Positions 30,114-38,574 are shown, counted from the first letter of the stretch. The stretch is DNA of 64,000 bases from an uncultured Candidatus Saccharibacteria bacterium (GCA_964401135.1 CAYNXC010000002.1:112975-176974), one strand, 5' to 3'. Numbers and translations are program-made. Notes: generated by a model not told the origin, from the sequence alone.

Positions 30114-31459
30114 CCAAGAACATTATGAACCTCACCACTGAACAAAAGAAGGAACTGGAATCTTACTTGACGACATATCGAGACGTGCCAATTGTCGAGA
30201 ATGACGGTATGCAAGAATCATACGCATCCTTTGATGATAAGCGTGTTGCTGCAACAGTTGAGATAAAGAAGCTGGTTGATGATTTTCTGCGCGGCGGTCT
30301 TTCTGTTGCCGAGTTCAAGGAACAAAGCGATGCAATGAGTCGCAAGTTTTCATATTGGGGGTTCAAAGGTTTTAGCGGACAGATGCAGCTCAACCAGTAC
30401 GCAAACAATATCGAAGACGCAGAACAAGAGCAGCGTCTTAAGGAAGCTATTGCATTGCCCGCAACTCTCGATGAGGCGGTAGCGAAAATAAACACTTTCG
30501 CGGAGTATATGCGGGAGCTGAAAACAAAAACCGATAATCCCAAGAGTATCCCGCGTATCAACCAGTCTTTTATGCTCTCGTACTTCTGGGAGATGCAAAG
30601 CCCTGAACTCTATCCTGTGTACTTCGGTTCAATGAAGAACGTGTTGGAAAACCTGGGCTTTGACTTCAAGAGCCAAGAGACACCAGGAGACGAGTACCGA
30701 TACTTTGCAGAGATTTGCTACGCAGTTCGTGAGTTCTTTGAACAGAGCGGAATGCAGGAAACACACCCGATATGGTACGTCGAACACGTTATCTGGCACT
30801 ACTTCAAAAAGCAGAATACGGAGATTGAGACAGAGGTAAAACAAGCAGTGCCAAGCAAAATCAGAATCGGAAAAACACCAGAAGAAAGTTGGACACCACC
30901 TATCATTGGCGACCTTGAACAATTGGCGCTCAATCAAGAAACCGAATGGTCAAAATTGCGTGGGCTAAAACCTGAAAAAGCGTTTGAGACCAAGCTACGT
31001 TATCTGTTTACCATTCTTGGATACAACACCACCGAGCTTGGACAAGGTAGAGGCAGAGAGCCAGACGGTATTACTATCTCCAATGACGGTAACGCTGGCT
31101 ATTACGCCATCATCTACGATGCAAAAGCACGAGAAAAGGATTACTCAATCGGTACACAAGACCGAGAGATTGTTGAATACATCAAAAACAAACAGCGTGA
31201 GTTGCAGCGCCAGCGCGTTGATAAGGTTTCTTTCTTGATTGTTTCTTCGGAGTTCACTAACAGTCCTTCACTTGAAAACTCACTCAAAGACATCTACCGA
31301 GCAACGCGAGTACCAGTGATTCTCGTACGGGCAAAAGACCTGTTGCGTATCGTCGAGCGCAAACTATCGAATGCAGATATAGACCACGTGCAGCTCGAAG
31401 ACCTGTTCCTTGAGACAGGCGTACTCACCGCAGATAAAATTGTGGACGTACTTGGATAA
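30101..31459 (+). CDS. hypothetical protein with C-terminal Mrr-like PD-(D/E)xK restriction-endonuclease fold and unrecognised ~280-aa N-terminal domain; overlaps hsdMS stop (alternative start 30125)
   Basis: C-terminal ILGYNTTELGQGRGREPDGITIS...YAIIYDAKAREK fits Mrr_cat PD...(D/E)xK pattern; N-terminal region has no recognisable motif. Confidence 0.6.
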   Translation: MGRITKNIMNLTTEQKKELESYLTTYRDVPIVENDGMQESYASFDDKRVAATVEIKKLVDDFLRGGLSVAEFKEQSDAMSRKFSYWGFKGFSGQMQLNQYANNIEDAEQEQRLKEAIALPATLDEAVAKINTFAEYMRELKTKTDNPKSIPRINQSFMLSYFWEMQSPELYPVYFGSMKNVLENLGFDFKSQETPGDEYRYFAEICYAVREFFEQSGMQETHPIWYVEHVIWHYFKKQNTEIETEVKQAVPSKIRIGKTPEESWTPPIIGDLEQLALNQETEWSKLRGLKPEKAFETKLRYLFTILGYNTTELGQGRGREPDGITISNDGNAGYYAIIYDAKAREKDYSIGTQDREIVEYIKNKQRELQRQRVDKVSFLIVSSEFTNSPSLENSLKDIYRATRVPVILVRAKDLLRIVERKLSNADIDHVQLEDLFLETGVLTADKIVDVLG

Positions 31460-31460
31460 T

Positions 31461-32273
31461 ATGAAAAAGAAAACCGCCATCATACTCATAGTTGTTGCCG
31501 CTATCATCGCCTTCATCGCGGGGGCGTGGGTTTTTATGGGCGACTATTACGAAGCTGATGAGACTGCGTACATTCCTGAAAGTTGCAACGTGCTTGCGTT
31601 CGCCGTCAACGGTTATCTTGCTACATACACCAGCGACACCACAGCAGAAGAACTCGAAATGGATGCTGTTTCGTCGTGGAATATCGCCGATGGCATCCGC
31701 CACGCAAAAGATTACCCGAACGTCAAAGCAATCCTACTTTCCGTTGATTCAAGTGGCGGAGACCCCACCACTGGTGAAGAGATAGCAAACGCTCTCAAAG
31801 CCCTAGAATTGCCTTCTGTAGCGGTTATCCGAAGCATCGGAGCATCTGCTGCATATTGGGCTGCTACAGGAGCGGATACAGTCTTTGCATCTCGTGTTTC
31901 TGATGTTGGCAGTATCGGCGTTACCGCTTCTTATCTTGATGAGACCGTTAAGAATGCAAAGGATGGCTACACACTTGTAGAACTATCATCAGCACCACAC
32001 AAAGATGCGGGTAGCCCGAACCGCGCTCTCACTGCGACAGAAAAAGCAGCTATCGTTTCCGACCTCAAGAAGATACACGAAGTATTTGTTGATGATGTTG
32101 CTGCGAATCGAAACCTTGAACGTGAGAAAGTGGCACAGCTTGCGAACGGACTCACCTATCTCGGCGTTGACGCGCTTGAGTACGGCTTGGTAGATAAACT
32201 CGGCGACTTCACTGCCGCCACTGACTACATCGCAGAACAGATTGGCGAGCCAGTGGAGTTGTGTTGGTACTAG
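31461..32273 (+). CDS. sppA: signal peptide peptidase SppA-like (S49 / ClpP-fold) with N-terminal TM anchor
   Basis: TM helix AIILIVVAAIIAFIAG, S49 core ILLSVDSSGGDP...VIRSIGASAAYWAA. Confidence 0.75.
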   Translation: MKKKTAIILIVVAAIIAFIAGAWVFMGDYYEADETAYIPESCNVLAFAVNGYLATYTSDTTAEELEMDAVSSWNIADGIRHAKDYPNVKAILLSVDSSGGDPTTGEEIANALKALELPSVAVIRSIGASAAYWAATGADTVFASRVSDVGSIGVTASYLDETVKNAKDGYTLVELSSAPHKDAGSPNRALTATEKAAIVSDLKKIHEVFVDDVAANRNLEREKVAQLANGLTYLGVDALEYGLVDKLGDFTAATDYIAEQIGEPVELCWY

Positions 32274-32280
32274 AAATAAA

Positions 32281-32790
32281 ATGAATTGGCGTGAGAAGGT
32301 ACTAAAGAAACATAAGAAAGAAATTATCCTGTCGGCAGCGTTCGCTCTTACGCTTGCACTGGCAACTGCACTTTGGCACTACTTCACAGGAAAGAGTTTT
32401 GAGTGGCAGTCCATCACTCCGATAGAGCAGCCAGGACTGTTGCCGCGTCTCTTTTACAGCGCACTCGTCTTTGCTGTGCCTGGTTGGTTTCTGTACCACA
32501 AGCTCAAGTTTTGGAAGTTTCTATACGAACCTTATCGTGGAACTGGGCGGCGTGGTTATCGTGAGTATAAGAAACTCAAAGCCGCCATCTGGGGTCTCCT
32601 CATTCTTCTGATGTATTTTGTTATTGTGCCGTTTGTTGTAGATATTCTAAACACCATCATCTCGTTCTTCTTTAATCTCTACGTTCTCGTGCTGTATCTT
32701 GTCCCTTCACTTGCTATCTCGCTGCTTGTCTGTGGGGTTGGATTATTCATTTACAAAAAACACAATGCTCTCAAAAGAAGCACTCAATGA
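32281..32790 (+). CDS. hypothetical 4-TM membrane protein downstream of sppA
   Basis: four hydrophobic helices; basic loops; position analogous to small membrane partner genes of sppA operons. Confidence 0.5.
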   Translation: MNWREKVLKKHKKEIILSAAFALTLALATALWHYFTGKSFEWQSITPIEQPGLLPRLFYSALVFAVPGWFLYHKLKFWKFLYEPYRGTGRRGYREYKKLKAAIWGLLILLMYFVIVPFVVDILNTIISFFFNLYVLVLYLVPSLAISLLVCGVGLFIYKKHNALKRSTQ

Positions 32791-32950
32791 GTTCAAGAAA
32801 ATATGGCGGGAGGAGAAGGGTGAAGATGTATCCGACGAGCTTGCCGTTGAAGAAGCCATAAACCTCCTTACGTTGTTCAGCGCCATCTATCGCCCTGTGA
32901 AGCAGGAATGGGTAGATGAATACGACCGCACCCACAAGGTTAAAGAGTAA
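32765..32950 (+). CDS. hypothetical small protein (61 aa), last gene of element cargo array
   Basis: ORF overlapping the previous gene end by 26 nt; no motif. Confidence 0.3.
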   Translation: MLSKEALNEFKKIWREEKGEDVSDELAVEEAINLLTLFSAIYRPVKQEWVDEYDRTHKVKE

Positions 32951-33299
32951 TGCTCCCTAGATATTAGACTTTTGACCAAGAGTTTTTGGGTGAAAAAAGT
33001 GCGGGTGGAGAGGGTGTCCCCCGCGAAAGGAAAGGAGCGGAATGGAAAACTCCCACCACCCATTTCTGGATTTCGTACAAAACAACCCAAGATGAACGGG
33101 GTATACCCCTTTTGAGTGCTGTTTAGTCATCAATGCTATAGAAATGAGCACTAATGAACACACGGTAGGTACTAAAGTAAGAACAGGCAGAGGTATGGTG
33201 GGCACACTGTCCTTGTGTGGCATATCTACTACAGTGCTCGGACATATCTACCCCCTGTGCTATCTCACCACAGCCAATAACTGCTGCATCTGCTGTAGG

Positions 33300-33590
33300 G
33301 AAACGGTAGGATATGGGAATAGTTCAAGCCAGTTGATAGTTCGTAGTTCCTCCCGCCAAGCCAGCCACATTGTATGAATCGGAAAGGTTGCCTAGCCCGC
33401 TCGCTACTGGAGACCGTCGGGCCGGCCAAGCACGACCTTGCAAAGGTTGGACTCTGGCCACACGACGAACAGAGAGACGGGAAGTGCATGGATGGTACAG
33501 AGCTCTACGACCACCTCATTGTTCCAGCATAGGGTTCGAGATTTGAAACTATGGTCATGGCTTACGGAGTGAGGGAGCCGAGTAGGAAAG
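33300..33590 (+). ncRNA. candidate structured ncRNA, possibly a reduced RNase P RNA; coordinates and strand approximate
   Basis: ORF-poor GC-rich segment with ordered short matches to bacterial RNase P conserved regions: GGAAAGgttgcc, ccacacgacgAACAGAGAGac, cagcAUAGGGuUCgag, AUGGCUUAC; not verifiable without a covariance-model search. Confidence 0.25.
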
Positions 33591-33984
33591 AGGCAAGAGC
33601 TTTCTTTGCTTTCTCTGACGATCCGTGTTGCTTTGTAAACGCTTCGGTACCGTCCTTACCGCAAAGTCCAAGGATTGCGTCTTCTCCACCAGGGTGTTTA
33701 CTGATCCAGTCGGTGAGGTCGTACACATTTCCTCCTACAGCTGTGTAGCAGCTCGAAGTATCTGCATGCGCGGCTACATCTGCCATCGTAAAGATGACCC
33801 CGATATTAAGCTCATCCGCTACTTGGTCTGAGCTCGTTGCTACTTGTGTGCCTGGGGCACTATTTTGTCTATAGCTAATAAACGCAATTCCTCCGACGAC
33901 CAGCACTCCGGCAATATATAGATATAGTCTGTCCATATTCATATTTTTTTTATGCCAATGACTACTCGTAGCGCAGAGTGCCAA
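33562..33984 (-). CDS. cytochrome b5-like heme-binding domain protein with N-terminal TM anchor
   Basis: TM LYLYIAGVLVVGGIAFI; Cyt-b5 motif DLTDWISKHPGGEDAILGLCGKDGTEAF. Confidence 0.7.
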   Translation of the reverse strand: MALCATSSHWHKKNMNMDRLYLYIAGVLVVGGIAFISYRQNSAPGTQVATSSDQVADELNIGVIFTMADVAAHADTSSCYTAVGGNVYDLTDWISKHPGGEDAILGLCGKDGTEAFTKQHGSSEKAKKALASFLLGSLTP

Positions 33985-34208
33985 TCGGGTTTAAGCGAGT
34001 GGCGTGTCGCGCAGGATAGTAGTAAAAGATTATACCAATTACTGCAGAAATTCCAAATGCCAAAGCAATAGGGCCTCATGAGGCGGTCGTATGAAAAGGG
34101 AGCATCTTCTGTTCGGACTACTGCCAGTCCTCATGCAACAAGCACCCAAGTGAGTACGCTACTACTAAAATTATTGAATGCCTTAAAAAATAGACTATAA
34201 TAGGATGT

Positions 34209-34613
34209 ATGGAACAATTGCCACACAGAGAAGAGGCTCTTGAAGTTCCTGAAAAAGAAGACTCTGTGCGGTACGAGCTCCTTGCTCGTGCCGATGAAGC
34301 AGTTGCACAAGCCGTGCACGAACTTTCTGTACGCACAGAAGCAGAACTGGAGACCCTCACTCATTTTGAACTGAATGGACGGGAGTGGAAGATAGAGGAT
34401 GCAGACGATAGAGTCTTTGCAATGGAGTTGAGACTCTTGGAAGGGGTACGCGATATTGCGGATCGGGAGACTGATTACTATAGAAAGAAAGGGCTACTCA
34501 AGGTTTTTGAACTGCAACAGTCGCACATAGAGATACTCCGCCGTACGATAGAATTGAAGCGGGATTGGCCATTGGTAGCAGCGCAGATGGAAGGCAGAGA
34601 ACAAAACAGATGA
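34209..34613 (+). CDS. hypothetical acidic protein
   Basis: 134-aa ORF, ATGA overlap with downstream GH15-like gene. Confidence 0.4.
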   Translation: MEQLPHREEALEVPEKEDSVRYELLARADEAVAQAVHELSVRTEAELETLTHFELNGREWKIEDADDRVFAMELRLLEGVRDIADRETDYYRKKGLLKVFELQQSHIEILRRTIELKRDWPLVAAQMEGREQNR

Positions 34614-35644
34614 GTAGTACTGTAGATTCACATCTTACTGTAATTAAATCACTCCAGTCGCCATCGGGACTCTTTCTCGCGTCAGCACAAGAGGTCTCTA
34701 CCGGATACAACAAGGCGTGGCTCCGTGACAACTTTTATACCGCGCTTGCCTTTGAGTCAGTAGGAGATTGGGATACGGTGCAGCATACCTACCGCGCACT
34801 GCTTGATGTATTGAAAAAGCATGAGACAAAGATCTCATGGGTAGCACACAATAAGCCCTACGCGACATGGCAATACATCCATGCGCGCTATAATCCAGAA
34901 ACCTTTGAAGAATTTTGGGAAGAGTGGGGAAATAAGCAGAATGACGCTGTTGGAGCACTCTTGTACAAGTTTGGAGATTTGGAGACAAGCGGCCATGGTG
35001 TAGTAGAGACAGATGATGATAAGCGAATGCTGCAAAAATTGGTGGAGTATGCTGGCGCTATTGAGTATTGGCACGACCCTGACTCGGGGATGTGGGAGGA
35101 GAGAGAAGAAGTGCACGCTTCTTCTGTAGGGGCGATGCTCGCAGGTCTAGAGTCAGTAGCGCGACTTCCGTACATCACAGTGCCTCGTGAGTACATTAAA
35201 AGAGGCGGAGCTACTCTGGAAAAATTGTTACCTCGAGAGAGTAAAGATAAGTTTTGCGATCTTTCTTTGCTCTCACTCATCTGGCCATATCGGATTGTGA
35301 GTAGAGAAAATGCAGACAGTATTCTCCGCAATCTTGAATACCACCTAGAGAAGCGACACGGCGTGCTCCGTTACAAGACAGACCGCTACTATAACGCAAA
35401 TGAGGATGGTTGGAGTGAGGAAGCAGAGTGGACATTCGGATTCCCTTGGCTTGCCATCATCTACGCCGAGCGCGGAGATGGTGAAAGAGCACGAGAATAT
35501 TTCAGAAAGGCAGAGTCGGTTGTCACGAAAGATGGGCTTCTCCCCGAACTCTACTATAGTAACAGCGAGCGTTATAATGAGAATGTTCCACTCGCGTGGA
35601 GTGAGAGTCTCTATGTGGTGGCAAAGACTCTTGTCGGCACATAA
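34610..35644 (+). CDS. glycoside hydrolase family 15-like (glucoamylase-related) protein, catalytic (alpha/alpha)6 portion only
   Basis: GYNKAWLRDNFYTALAF and W..WEEREEVHASSVGAMLAGL segments typical of GH15. Confidence 0.6.
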   Translation: MSSTVDSHLTVIKSLQSPSGLFLASAQEVSTGYNKAWLRDNFYTALAFESVGDWDTVQHTYRALLDVLKKHETKISWVAHNKPYATWQYIHARYNPETFEEFWEEWGNKQNDAVGALLYKFGDLETSGHGVVETDDDKRMLQKLVEYAGAIEYWHDPDSGMWEEREEVHASSVGAMLAGLESVARLPYITVPREYIKRGGATLEKLLPRESKDKFCDLSLLSLIWPYRIVSRENADSILRNLEYHLEKRHGVLRYKTDRYYNANEDGWSEEAEWTFGFPWLAIIYAERGDGERAREYFRKAESVVTKDGLLPELYYSNSERYNENVPLAWSESLYVVAKTLVGT

Positions 35645-35694
35645 CACCGTGTGATATAGTCTCTCTGGTAAAGAACTTTTGAAAGGAGAGTGTT

Positions 35695-36174
35695 ATGGGG
35701 AGTACCTCACTGGAAACACTTGTGGCAGAAGATTTTTCTGCTGTAGGAAAACGTAGAGAAGAGAGTGAGCAGGAGTGCTTACGTATTCTGACCAACATTG
35801 TTACAGAGTTTAAGATGGACCAAAGGGTGATCGAGACTCTTACACCGCTCACACGTTCGGCGGAGTCAATGTTTTCAATCTTGTGTGTCTTGATAAAAGA
35901 CTCATCTGATACCGAGACAATGTCTCACAATCTCTGTGAGTGGTTCAACAGGCAATCAACACAAGTAAAAACATTTCCTCTGCGGATCCAAAATTTTAAG
36001 GTTCCTGCATACTATTTTGAATTGTTGCAAGACGATCCGGACGTAGAAGTACGAAAAGCCTTGGCAGATCATCCCTGTGTTCCACTCCCTCTTCTTCGAA
36101 AATTAAAAATGGACAGAGATCTTGCGGTACAAACGATTGCCGCGAGGAATACTGCCATTCCTGTACAGCGATAA
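35695..36174 (+). CDS. hypothetical protein with HEAT/PBS-lyase-like repeats
   Basis: DPDVEVRKALADHPCVPLPLLRKL...DLAVQTIAARN repeat pattern. Confidence 0.4.
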   Translation: MGSTSLETLVAEDFSAVGKRREESEQECLRILTNIVTEFKMDQRVIETLTPLTRSAESMFSILCVLIKDSSDTETMSHNLCEWFNRQSTQVKTFPLRIQNFKVPAYYFELLQDDPDVEVRKALADHPCVPLPLLRKLKMDRDLAVQTIAARNTAIPVQR

Positions 36175-36187
36175 TATGTACACCTCT

Positions 36188-36222
36188 ATCCGTCCGCCTC
36201 TCCCGCGGGCGGATTTCTTTTT
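36188..36222 (+). terminator. intrinsic terminator
   Basis: 10-bp stem atccgtccgc/gcgggcggat (one G-U) followed by ttcttttt. Confidence 0.6.
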
Positions 36223-36245
36223 GTTTGATATACTACATTACGCGT

Positions 36246-36833
36246 ATGTTTGATATGGTTGCTCTAATTGAGTGGGGAGGTTATGTGGGTCTCACAGTTA
36301 TTATCTTTGCCGAGAGTGGGCTCTTTTTTGGTTTCTTTCTACCAGGAGATAGCCTCCTCTTTACGGCAGGGTTTCTCGCTTCGCAGGGGTATTTGAATAT
36401 CTGGATCCTCGCTCCGCTTCTCTTTATTGCCGCTGTCACGGGAGACTCCGTTGGTTACGCTTTTGGTTACCGTGTTGGCCCCGCACTTTTTTCGCGGGCA
36501 GATTCCCGTTTTTTTAAAAAGGAATATCTTGTCCGTACCGAGCACTTTTTTGAGAAGTACGGATCGCGCGCAATTATCATTGCGCGCTTTATCCCAATCG
36601 TACGCACCTTCACCCCCATCCTTGCGGGAGTGGGGAAGATGCGCTACGCGACCTTTCTCTCCTTTAATATTATTGGAGCGGGTCTCTGGGCACTTGGGAT
36701 GACTTACCTAGGGTACTTTCTTGGGTCAGTCATTCAGGGGATTGATCAATACTTACTTCCGATAATTTTTGCCATTATCATTATCTCAGTACTACCTCCA
36801 TGTTATGAATATTGGAAGAGTCGTCGCACATAG
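36246..36833 (+). CDS. dedA: DedA-family membrane protein
   Basis: FAESGLFFGFFLPGDSLLFTAGFLA, ...RFIPIVRTFTPILAGVGKM motifs of DedA/SNARE-associated family. Confidence 0.8.
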   Translation: MFDMVALIEWGGYVGLTVIIFAESGLFFGFFLPGDSLLFTAGFLASQGYLNIWILAPLLFIAAVTGDSVGYAFGYRVGPALFSRADSRFFKKEYLVRTEHFFEKYGSRAIIIARFIPIVRTFTPILAGVGKMRYATFLSFNIIGAGLWALGMTYLGYFLGSVIQGIDQYLLPIIFAIIIISVLPPCYEYWKSRRT

Positions 36834-37263
36834 GGATTTGCTATTTCTATGGGGTCGTGGTAGAGTATTTTTCAGAATGTTCTTACTCGGGAGGTAACGA
36901 TAATGATCAGGTTTGGTGATGAGGATAAAGCTATTGGTCCGACTCATACAAAGAAGGCAGCTAGTTCAATGTTTATCACTCGTTCTGGGACGATACAGGT
37001 CTCTACGACTCAAGACGGAGTGCTCACGATTTCTGGTCCTGGAGTAAAGAAAGTCTTTGTACATTCATCTCATCGTACTGTCCCCATCATTCGCCGTATT
37101 GGATGATGGGGATTTGTTTTTGGATTCAATAGGTTATCAACAGTTTTGTTCTTGTAGGCTACTTTTCTCATTGCGTGTGACACACAATTCTCTACAATGG
37201 ATGTAAACACTCTCTGTTTAAGAGAAGGTCGAATATTAACCAATCGATCATCACATACATACT

Positions 37264-37311
37264 ATGGCAGCAAAGAAGAAGGCAAAGAAGGCAAAGAAGG
37301 GAAAGAAATAA
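37264..37311 (+). other. 15-codon Lys-rich mini-ORF (MAAKKKAKKAKKGKK) built on a tandem 9-nt repeat, followed by a strong hairpin (37323-37357)
   Basis: atg gca gca aag aag aag gca aag aag gca aag aag gga aag aaa taa; hairpin aaaaccccctctt/aagagagggggtttt. Confidence 0.2.
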
Positions 37312-37425
37312 GTTCTACTTCTAAAACCCCCTCTTTTTCAATAAGAGAGGGGGTTTTGCGTGCTTGCGCTTCTTCTTTTTTGGTGTAGAGTGGATGTATC
37401 ATCGGAAGCTTATCAGCCAGCATAT

Positions 37426-38574
37426 ATGGCTATGAAAAAAATATTACTCATTGCGTGTGTTGCTCTCCTTTACCCATTAAGCTCTCACGCGGCTCTCATT
37501 AAGGGGGGAGATGAGTACTCACTCCGTCAGCTCGATGTGGTATCGGGTGATCTCTATGTGGGAGCTGGCACGGCCTCAATTGCAGGCGTTGTGCGTGGCG
37601 ATCTCTCGGTTGGAGGAGGTACAGTACTCTACACTGGGTATACGGCAGGAGATATATTAGTCGGCGGTGGCACTGTAACACTCACCGGCCGTGCGAACGA
37701 TGATGTCCGTGTGGCGGGAGGTACGGTGATCGTGAGTGGTCCCATTGCCGGTGATTTGATCGTTGCAGGTGGGCTGGTCCGTGTAGAGTCAACGGCGAGT
37801 ATTGCTGGAGATGTGTTGATTGGCGGTGGACGCGTTGTGTTAGATGGCCCTGTACAGGGTAATCTCCGCGTCTATGGAGGACAAGTTGATATAGAGAGTA
37901 TGGTGAATGGTTCTGTAGAGGCTGCTGCGGACAGGCTCGTTATAAGACCCCGTGCCTATATCCGTGGCGATCTCATCTACCGTGCCCCGCAACGAGCGGT
38001 CATAGCAAATTCTGCGGTGATTGATGGAAAAATAATTTATAAAGAAACCAAGGACTTTTTAGCGATAGGGAAGACCTCTGTCCGAGAGGCAGCCGCTGCG
38101 TTCTTAGGACTCTGGCTTATCCTTAAATTCGTTATGACGCTCTTGATTGCTCTCATTATTGTGCTTCTCTTTGGTAATTTGGCGCACGAGCTGGTCTACC
38201 GTGTTGTGCATGAACCATGGTGGACAGTACTTATGGGTTTTGTTCTTCTCGTCTCTCTTCCTGTGGCAACACTGCTAATCTGTATGACCATCGTTGGTAT
38301 ACCTATAGGAATTCTTGCACTGCTTATGTACGCCTTCTTCATTCTCCTATCTATTCCTCTAGCAAGTCTTATTTGCGGAATATGGGCGATAAAACTGATT
38401 AAGAAAGAGTCCACTATCACAGCCACATGGCAGGCGGCGGTACTTGGCTCGCTTATATATACTGCACTTGGATTTATCCCAATCCTTGGATGGGTAGTTA
38501 AGCTCCTTTTTGTGCTTGCCGCACTCGGAGCCTTTTCGCACTATTGGTATCGCTTCATCTGGATGAATCGTTGA
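37426..38574 (+). CDS. secreted bactofilin-like beta-helical repeat protein with C-terminal multi-TM domain
   Basis: signal peptide MKKILLIACVALLYPLSSHA; repeated GDL-V-GG-V-G motifs; five hydrophobic helices at C-terminus. Confidence 0.6.
   Translation: MAMKKILLIACVALLYPLSSHAALIKGGDEYSLRQLDVVSGDLYVGAGTASIAGVVRGDLSVGGGTVLYTGYTAGDILVGGGTVTLTGRANDDVRVAGGTVIVSGPIAGDLIVAGGLVRVESTASIAGDVLIGGGRVVLDGPVQGNLRVYGGQVDIESMVNGSVEAAADRLVIRPRAYIRGDLIYRAPQRAVIANSAVIDGKIIYKETKDFLAIGKTSVREAAAAFLGLWLILKFVMTLLIALIIVLLFGNLAHELVYRVVHEPWWTVLMGFVLLVSLPVATLLICMTIVGIPIGILALLMYAFFILLSIPLASLICGIWAIKLIKKESTITATWQAAVLGSLIYTALGFIPILGWVVKLLFVLAALGAFSHYWYRFIWMNR

Noticed and set aside
30163-30937. Minus-strand ORFs (132, 82, 102 aa) inside the Mrr-like gene
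   Set aside because: Antisense to a long plus-strand frame with clear PD-(D/E)xK motif; considered shadows.
19100-33300. Long direct repeats of the tRNA-Gln 3-prime end marking attL/attR
   Set aside because: Only a 7-nt ggttcga match was seen near 33.5 kb. Serine recombinases use 2-bp crossovers, so the absence of repeats neither supports nor refutes the boundary.
32957-33489. ORFs 32957-33223 (-), 33144-33377 (+), 33265-33489 (-) in the intergenic region
   Set aside because: They overlap each other in a GC-rich ORF-poor segment, lack starts with an RBS and have odd composition. The region is more likely non-coding RNA or att DNA.
33300-33590. tmRNA (ssrA) as explanation for the structured region
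   Set aside because: No tRNA-Ala-like acceptor/T-arm with CCA terminus and no tag-peptide reading frame (ANDENYALAA-type) detectable.
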